DNA from: Gemmatimonadaceae bacterium
GTDB taxonomy: Bacteria > Gemmatimonadota > Gemmatimonadetes > Gemmatimonadales > Gemmatimonadaceae
Assembly: GCA_013816855.1 (NCBI GenBank)
Contig: JACDDT010000005.1
Span: forward strand, 2,345-66,344
Length of the DNA stretch: 64,000 nucleotides
Direction of reading: 5' to 3'
Below are positions 58,599-64,000 of this stretch, one piece after another (position 1 is the stretch's first letter; each line of letters begins with the position of its first letter). The translations under genes were made by a program, and so were the position numbers. The notes beneath the pieces were generated by a model that ran no database searches, was not told the origin of the DNA, and was given only the letters and a program-made list of their open reading frames with translations.

Positions 58599-60341
58599 AT
58601 GCCTATGAGCATGTTTTTAGCCGCGTCCCTTGGCACCGAGCCGCATCACCATTTCGTGCTCGTACTCAGCGCGAGCACCGCGCTGCTGTACCTCGGTGCC
58701 GCGCTATTCCACCATACCGCGCCGATCCAACGCCTCATTGCGCTCGGCGGGGATTGGGCGGCTGCGATTGTTCCGCGAATTCTATCCATCCTCACGTTTG
58801 TCGCCGGTGCCATGCTCATCTTTTCCGGCGCAACTCCCGCGGTCGCCGGAAGACTGCACTTTCTCGGCAAGCTCGTACCCGTCCCGATCACCGAGTTCTC
58901 CCACTTCGCCGACAATCTCGCCGGAGCGGGTTTATTGATCCTCGCCCGCGGCGTGGAACGGCGCCTCGACGCGGCATACCACCTCACGCTCACTGTCATC
59001 GTCGCGGGCATCGTTCTCTCCGTACTGCGCGCTTTCGACTATGAAGAAGCGTCGTTCTTGATTCTTCTTGCGCTGCTCTTCATTCCGAGTCGCAAATATT
59101 TCTACCGCAAGACTTCACTCATCGAAGAACGGTTCACCCCCCAGTGGACCGCTGCGACCGTTCTTGTAGTCCTCGCGTCGGTTGTACTCGGAATCGTGTC
59201 ATACCGCGTGCGTCATGTGGAGCCCGGCTTTTTCAACTTGAACTACGAGCAGGGTCGGTACCTTCGCGCCACCGCGGGGATGATGGGTGTCCTCATCATC
59301 TTCGGCGCCATGCGACTGTTGCGCCCTGCCCACATTCTCCCAGCGCTCCCCTCGAGCACCGATTGCGAAGACGCGGCGAAAATCGCGGCGGATTCCACGG
59401 AAGCCGCCGCGCATCTTGCCGCGCTCGGCGACAAGCGCTTCCTCTTCAACGAAGACCGCACAGCGTTCATCATGTACGGGATTTCGGGGCGAAGCTGGGT
59501 CTCACTCGGCGATCCGGTGGCGCCGTCGAGAGATGTGCCCCGGCTCATCGAGAAATTCATCCAGCTCGCGGATGCGCACGGAGGCCTCGCCGTGTTTTAC
59601 AAGGCTGGACCGGTGCTCCTCCACTTCTATCTCGACTATGGACTATCGGTCGTGAAGCTCGGCGAGGAAGCACGCGTGTGTCTCGAGGATTTCAGTCTTG
59701 AAGGTCCGCAGCGCCGGAACCTGCGCCGGGTATGGCGGAAAGCAGTGGACGCCGGATGCTCGGTTGATGTCGTGCTGCCTCCACATGTGACGCCGTACCT
59801 GCCGGAGCTGCGGAAAGTCTCCGACGCGTGGCTCGAGAGCAAGCACTCACGGGAGAAGGGATTTTCCCTCGGATTCTTCCACGATGATTACGTCGCGCGT
59901 TTTCCCGTCGCCATAGTTCGCAGGGAAAGCCGCATCATCGCTTTCGCCTCCATATGGAACTCCGGACAGAATGAAGAGCTCGAGGTTGACTTGATGCGCT
60001 ACTATCCGGACGCACCGCCCGGGATCATGCGCTACCTCCTCGCCGAGGTGATGCTGTGGGGACGAAGTACCGGTTACCGCTGGATGAATCTCGGAATGGC
60101 CCCGCTGTCCGGACTCCGCTCAGCGAGCGGCGCGCCAATCTGGCATCAGATCGGAACAGCGGTTCGTGGTTACGGAGAGCGATACTACAATTTCCAGGGA
60201 TTGCGCGATTTCAAGGAATGGTTTTATCCGGAATGGGAGCCGCGCTTTCTCGTCTCGCCGGGCGGCCGCTCACGCCCCGTCGTTCTCGCGAACATCGCCG
60301 GCCTCGTCGGTGGCGGGCTCGGGGGCGTACTGCGTAAATAA
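58599..60341 (+). CDS. mprF: MprF/LpiA-like aminoacyl-phosphatidylglycerol synthase (DUF2156) lacking the N-terminal flippase
   Basis: SGATP, EFSHF, RGVERRL, LGDKRFLF, SLGDPV, KLGEEA, EKGFSLG, VDLMRY, NLGMAPLSGL, YNFQGLRDFKEWF. Confidence 0.85.
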   Translation: MPMSMFLAASLGTEPHHHFVLVLSASTALLYLGAALFHHTAPIQRLIALGGDWAAAIVPRILSILTFVAGAMLIFSGATPAVAGRLHFLGKLVPVPITEFSHFADNLAGAGLLILARGVERRLDAAYHLTLTVIVAGIVLSVLRAFDYEEASFLILLALLFIPSRKYFYRKTSLIEERFTPQWTAATVLVVLASVVLGIVSYRVRHVEPGFFNLNYEQGRYLRATAGMMGVLIIFGAMRLLRPAHILPALPSSTDCEDAAKIAADSTEAAAHLAALGDKRFLFNEDRTAFIMYGISGRSWVSLGDPVAPSRDVPRLIEKFIQLADAHGGLAVFYKAGPVLLHFYLDYGLSVVKLGEEARVCLEDFSLEGPQRRNLRRVWRKAVDAGCSVDVVLPPHVTPYLPELRKVSDAWLESKHSREKGFSLGFFHDDYVARFPVAIVRRESRIIAFASIWNSGQNEELEVDLMRYYPDAPPGIMRYLLAEVMLWGRSTGYRWMNLGMAPLSGLRSASGAPIWHQIGTAVRGYGERYYNFQGLRDFKEWFYPEWEPRFLVSPGGRSRPVVLANIAGLVGGGLGGVLRK

Positions 60342-61298
60342 TTATTTCGTGAGTGGCGAGTCTCCGATTCGGTAGCGCAGGAAGAAGGAGGCGATCGTAT
60401 CGGTAGCCGCCATGTCGGAGGGCGGCTTCGGGCTGAAGATCCATCCCCTCCCTCCGCCCGGCCAGCCGTGGTGCCCGTTGTATATAGTGTAGAAAAGAAT
60501 CTTCGCGCGGCCGGCGGCGCAGTCGTACGTCACACGCTCGACGTTTCCGTGCTTTTCCAAGAGCGGCCCCGTCGAACAGGAATTACGTTGCCGCCAGAAG
60601 CTCGCAACGTCCGGCGCCGAATACTCGTGATGATTTCCCCGCACATAGCCCGGGCCGCCTTTCTTCCCTTCGTAGGGAATGTTGTGATCGCCGGTGCCAT
60701 GGATGATCATCACCGGTAACGGACGCGACAGCGTGCACTTCGGGAGCGGATCGAAAAGTGTGCCGGAAACACTCGCCACGGCGGTGATCCGTGACGGGAC
60801 TTTGCATCCAAGGAGCATCGAGAGCGTTCCACCGTCGGAATACCCCGTCGCATATACCCGGGTCGTGTCGATGCGCAGCCCACGAGAGAGAACGCTCAGC
60901 ATCGTCAGTGTAAATGCGGTTTCATCTTTGTGCTTCACGAAGGAGTACCGGCAACAATCGCCGATATTCCACCCTCGATGAAATCCTTCCGGATAAACGA
61001 CAAAAAATCCCGCGCTGTCTGCGACCTCATTGAAGGAAGTCTCGCGCTCGAGCACGGACGCACTTGCGCTAGTTCCGTGAAACGCGAGAATGATCGGGAG
61101 CGCCGTTGACCCGTCGTAGTTCTTCGGAACGTGAATGCGAAACGTTCGCGCGTCGCCGAGGACATTCACCTTCCGCACGTAATTTCCCGGTGCCGAGGGA
61201 ATCGCGTACGAGTCGGTGCCAGCCGCCCGCGTCAACAAAGGCAGCACTAGCGTGGCGGCCTTTATCAGAGTCGCCGCGCCGCGAGTGAGTATGCTCAT
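60342..61298 (-). CDS. Second exported PHB-depolymerase/LpqC-like esterase
   Basis: ILAFHG, WNIGDCC, TGYSDGG, IHGTGD, GHHGWPG. Confidence 0.85.
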   Translation of the reverse strand: MSILTRGAATLIKAATLVLPLLTRAAGTDSYAIPSAPGNYVRKVNVLGDARTFRIHVPKNYDGSTALPIILAFHGTSASASVLERETSFNEVADSAGFFVVYPEGFHRGWNIGDCCRYSFVKHKDETAFTLTMLSVLSRGLRIDTTRVYATGYSDGGTLSMLLGCKVPSRITAVASVSGTLFDPLPKCTLSRPLPVMIIHGTGDHNIPYEGKKGGPGYVRGNHHEYSAPDVASFWRQRNSCSTGPLLEKHGNVERVTYDCAAGRAKILFYTIYNGHHGWPGGGRGWIFSPKPPSDMAATDTIASFFLRYRIGDSPLTK

Positions 61299-61376
61299 TT
61301 AAAGCGGAGCCATCGTTCGTGAAAGGTATATTCGGGAGGCGCTAACGGGCGCCGTCGTAAAACTCGGCGCGGGGGC

Positions 61377-62093
61377 ATGAGGAGTGGCCCTTGCCTTGCC
61401 TTGAGCGCAAAGGTGAAGATCGTCCATCGGCCCCGAAAAAAACCCCGCAATCTTGAATCCCACACCGTACTCCTAATCGGACTCTCGTCTGCCGCGATTG
61501 CCGCGTGCGCGAAAGTCGGGGAGGATGTGTTCAACAACGAGTCGGGCCCGTTCGATGAAGCCGTGCGCAATTTTGTTCTCATTCATCAGAATACGGCGGT
61601 GCGGGACAGTTTTCTCATCATCACCCGAGTCGCCTCTCCGTCTGTGATAATCCCCATTACCGCTGCGGTTGGTGCGTGGCTCTGGCGTCAGCGCGGGCTT
61701 CCCATCGCCGGCGCGGTGGTGATGTCGCCCGCAATCTCGCTGGCGATCTTTCTCGCCGTCAAACGTCTCTACAAACGGAAGCGCCCCGAGGGCGGCGCGC
61801 GGCTTCACGAGTTGACATATGCGTTTCCAAGCGGGCATGCCGCGGCTTCCGCCGCGATCTTTGGCACGACCGCCTACGTTCTCTGGCGCGAGGAGATGCT
61901 TCCACGCTCAGGCGCCGCCGCGCTCGCGATATTGGCTCCGCTCTTTGTCGGTGCCAGCCGGGTGTATCTGGACGTGCACTGGTCGACGGATGTACTCGGC
62001 GGATGGAGTGTCGGCGCGCTCGTGGCTGCGTTGAGCGGGCACGTCTACGAAAAAACCCGAACCGAAACGCGCCGGAGCCATCGCTACCGGTAG
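61377..62093 (+). CDS. PAP2-family membrane phosphatase
   Basis: KRLYKRKRP, FPSGHA, SRVYLDVHWSTDVLGG; start uncertain. Confidence 0.88.
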   Translation: MRSGPCLALSAKVKIVHRPRKKPRNLESHTVLLIGLSSAAIAACAKVGEDVFNNESGPFDEAVRNFVLIHQNTAVRDSFLIITRVASPSVIIPITAAVGAWLWRQRGLPIAGAVVMSPAISLAIFLAVKRLYKRKRPEGGARLHELTYAFPSGHAAASAAIFGTTAYVLWREEMLPRSGAAALAILAPLFVGASRVYLDVHWSTDVLGGWSVGALVAALSGHVYEKTRTETRRSHRYR

Positions 62094-62116
62094 GCACGTT
62101 CAGCGGCGTCCAAGAC

Positions 62117-62149
62117 AAAAGGCCTCATCCGGATGCGGATGAAGCCTTT
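62117..62149 (-). terminator. Terminator downstream of tRNA-Cys, convergent with the PAP2 gene
   Basis: Stem AAAGGC-TCATCCG/CGGATGA-GCCTTT followed by TTTTG on the minus strand. Confidence 0.75.
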
Positions 62150-62164
62150 GATAACCCTCGCTAG

Positions 62165-62236
62165 AGGCGCCGGTCGGAATCGAACCGACGAATAGCAGAT
62201 TTGCAGTCTGCCGCCTTACCACTTGGCCACGGCGCC
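62165..62236 (-). tRNA. tRNA-Cys (GCA)
   Basis: GGCGCCG acceptor stem, D-loop AAGTGGTAA, anticodon arm GCAGA-CTGCAAA-TCTGC, T-loop GTTCGAT, discriminator U. Confidence 0.96.
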
Positions 62237-62347
62237 GTGCCCGAAAACTAACCCGCCCCTTTCACCCATAGGTAGTGTTGAGTGGCTGAAGTTCTCGTTC
62301 TATTATAAGTCCACCCCGTGCTGACGCGCCCTTTGGAGACTTTGTCA

Positions 62348-63580
62348 ATGAAGATTGCTGCACTCCGCCTCCGCCGCTGGGCGTCCGCCGCCTTCATTGC
62401 CGCTTTCGTCTCCTGCACCACGGTAACACAGGCGCCGCGGCCGGTCTCGCAGCCGCAATCTCTTCTCATCATCTCGCTCGACGGCTTTCGCCGCGACCTG
62501 CTCGACAAGGACGCCCCGCCGAGCTTGAATGCGCTCAGCGCAGATGGCGTCGTCGCCGAAGCGATGAGGCCGTCATTTCCGTCGCTCACTTTCCCGAACC
62601 ACTACTCGATTGCCACGGGTCTCTATCCCGAGCACCACGGCATCGTCTCCAACACGATGTGGGATCCGCAGTTCAATGCCGGGTTCAAGATCTCCGGACC
62701 CGAAGTCACCGAAAGCAGGTGGTGGGGCGGAGAGCCGATCTGGGTTACGGCGGAAAAACAGGGAGTGAGATCGGCATCATACTTTTGGGTCGGTAGCGAA
62801 GCGGAAATCGAAGGCATCCGGCCCTCCGTCGCCAAGAAATACGACGCCAAGACGACTTACTCCGAGCGCGTCGATTCAGTCGTCAGCTGGCTGTCTCTTC
62901 CACAGCCGCAACGCCCGCGCCTCGTCATGCTCTACTTCAACGAGCCGGATCATACCGAGCACGAAGACGGGCCGGACTCTCCGCAGGCACGCGCGGCGGT
63001 ACTTCAAGTAGACAGCGCCATTGGCCGTCTCGTCGGCGAGCTCCGCCAGCACAACCTCTATGACGCCATCAACATCATCATCGTCTCCGACCACGGAATG
63101 GCGAACATCTCGCCCGACCGGGTCGTCTATCTCTCCGACGTCACCGACACGCTCAACACTCGCACCGTCGATCGCGGACCGATCTGGATGGGCTCCGCGC
63201 GCGACGGCAACAACCTCAAGCTCGTCGCAGACCTGCGGCGGCTGCCGCACGTGCAGGCCTGGCTCAAGGACAGTGTGCCCGCGCGATTCCATTTCAATCA
63301 CAACCGGCGCATTACTTCCGTCGTCGCGCTCGCCGAAACGGGGTGGATGATCAACGTCGGCCGGCCTTTCAAGAACAGAAACAAGGGGACACACGGTTTC
63401 GACAACGCCGACCCGCTGATGCGCGCGATCTTCATCGCCCGCGGACCTGTCTTCAAGAAGGGCGCGCGCATTCCCGAGTTTCCGAACGTGGACGTCTATT
63501 CGCTGATGACGAAAATTCTCGGGCTCAAGCCGGCACCGAACGACGGCTCGATGTCGATTCTCAGCCAGGCACTCCGATAA
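62348..63580 (+). CDS. Ectonucleotide pyrophosphatase/phosphodiesterase (alkaline phosphatase superfamily)
   Basis: ISLDGFR, SLTFPNHYSIATG, GGEPIW, EPDHTEH, VSDHGM, GTHGFDN; ATG 62348 with GGAG RBS. Confidence 0.92.
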   Translation: MKIAALRLRRWASAAFIAAFVSCTTVTQAPRPVSQPQSLLIISLDGFRRDLLDKDAPPSLNALSADGVVAEAMRPSFPSLTFPNHYSIATGLYPEHHGIVSNTMWDPQFNAGFKISGPEVTESRWWGGEPIWVTAEKQGVRSASYFWVGSEAEIEGIRPSVAKKYDAKTTYSERVDSVVSWLSLPQPQRPRLVMLYFNEPDHTEHEDGPDSPQARAAVLQVDSAIGRLVGELRQHNLYDAINIIIVSDHGMANISPDRVVYLSDVTDTLNTRTVDRGPIWMGSARDGNNLKLVADLRRLPHVQAWLKDSVPARFHFNHNRRITSVVALAETGWMINVGRPFKNRNKGTHGFDNADPLMRAIFIARGPVFKKGARIPEFPNVDVYSLMTKILGLKPAPNDGSMSILSQALR

Positions 63581-63585
63581 CGCGC

Positions 63586-64000
63586 GTGCGCATCGAAGGC
63601 ACCGCCGGCGACGTGCGCATCTCGCGCGCGTCGCCGCGCGACGTACCACTCATCGTTCAGCTCATCCGCGAGCTCGCCGAGTACGAGCGCGCTCCGAACG
63701 AAGCGGTGGCGACGGTCGAAGGTTTGACGACGGCGCTATTCGGCGATCAGCCGCAGGCGGAAGTTTTGCTCGCTCACGTTGGTGACCAGCCCGCCGGCTT
63801 CGCGCTTTTTTTCTACAACTTTTCGACGTGGACGGGAAAGCGGGGGATTTATCTCGAAGACCTCTTCGTGCGGCCGTCGCTCCGCCGCGGTGGAATTGGC
63901 CTCGCTCTGTTTCGTGAGCTCGCCGCCATTGCCGTCGAACGGGGATGCCCCCGCGTCGAATGGTCGGTGCTCAACTGGAACGAGCTGGCGATCAATTTCT
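63586..64000 (+). CDS. GNAT N-acetyltransferase (diamine acetyltransferase-like), truncated by the window end
   Basis: Hand translation from GTG 63586: LIRELAEYE...NFSTWTGKRGIYLEDLFVRP...RGGIG...EWSVLNWN; absent from the ORF track because there is no stop. Confidence 0.88.
   Translation, partial: MRIEGTAGDVRISRASPRDVPLIVQLIRELAEYERAPNEAVATVEGLTTALFGDQPQAEVLLAHVGDQPAGFALFFYNFSTWTGKRGIYLEDLFVRPSLRRGGIGLALFRELAAIAVERGCPRVEWSVLNWNELAINF

Noticed and set aside
61377-62236. tRNA-anchored genomic island
   Set aside because: No integrase, no att duplication and no phage or plasmid genes in the window.

Overview
GC-rich bacterial chromosomal DNA with about 57 protein genes, one tRNA-Cys(GCA), and no transposase, integrase, prophage, rRNA or CRISPR array that I can see. 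Gene content and style suggest Gemmatimonadota (inference). Main blocks: (1) Ser/Thr kinase plus kinase-associated ECF sigma factor, next to two exported-protein genes that share a duplicated ~105-nt leader containing an ECF-like promoter; (2) PIG-L deacetylase/ABC importer operon; (3) sucA; (4) a chemoreceptor-free poly-HAMP hybrid kinase-CheR-CheB-REC/kinase operon; (5) housekeeping and stress genes; (6) egtB-egtD-egtA without egtC/egtE; (7) DUF72-msrB-Nramp-like-PRC-barrel-SSADH operon; (8) envelope cluster with an Omp85-like gene whose signal peptide is out of frame at a T7 tract, a flippase-less MprF and two esterases. Non-coding signals include two structured palindromic intergenic elements, a sigma54-like promoter and a recurring leaderless TANNNT-N5-7-start pattern. 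All family calls come from motifs read by eye; no database search was run.
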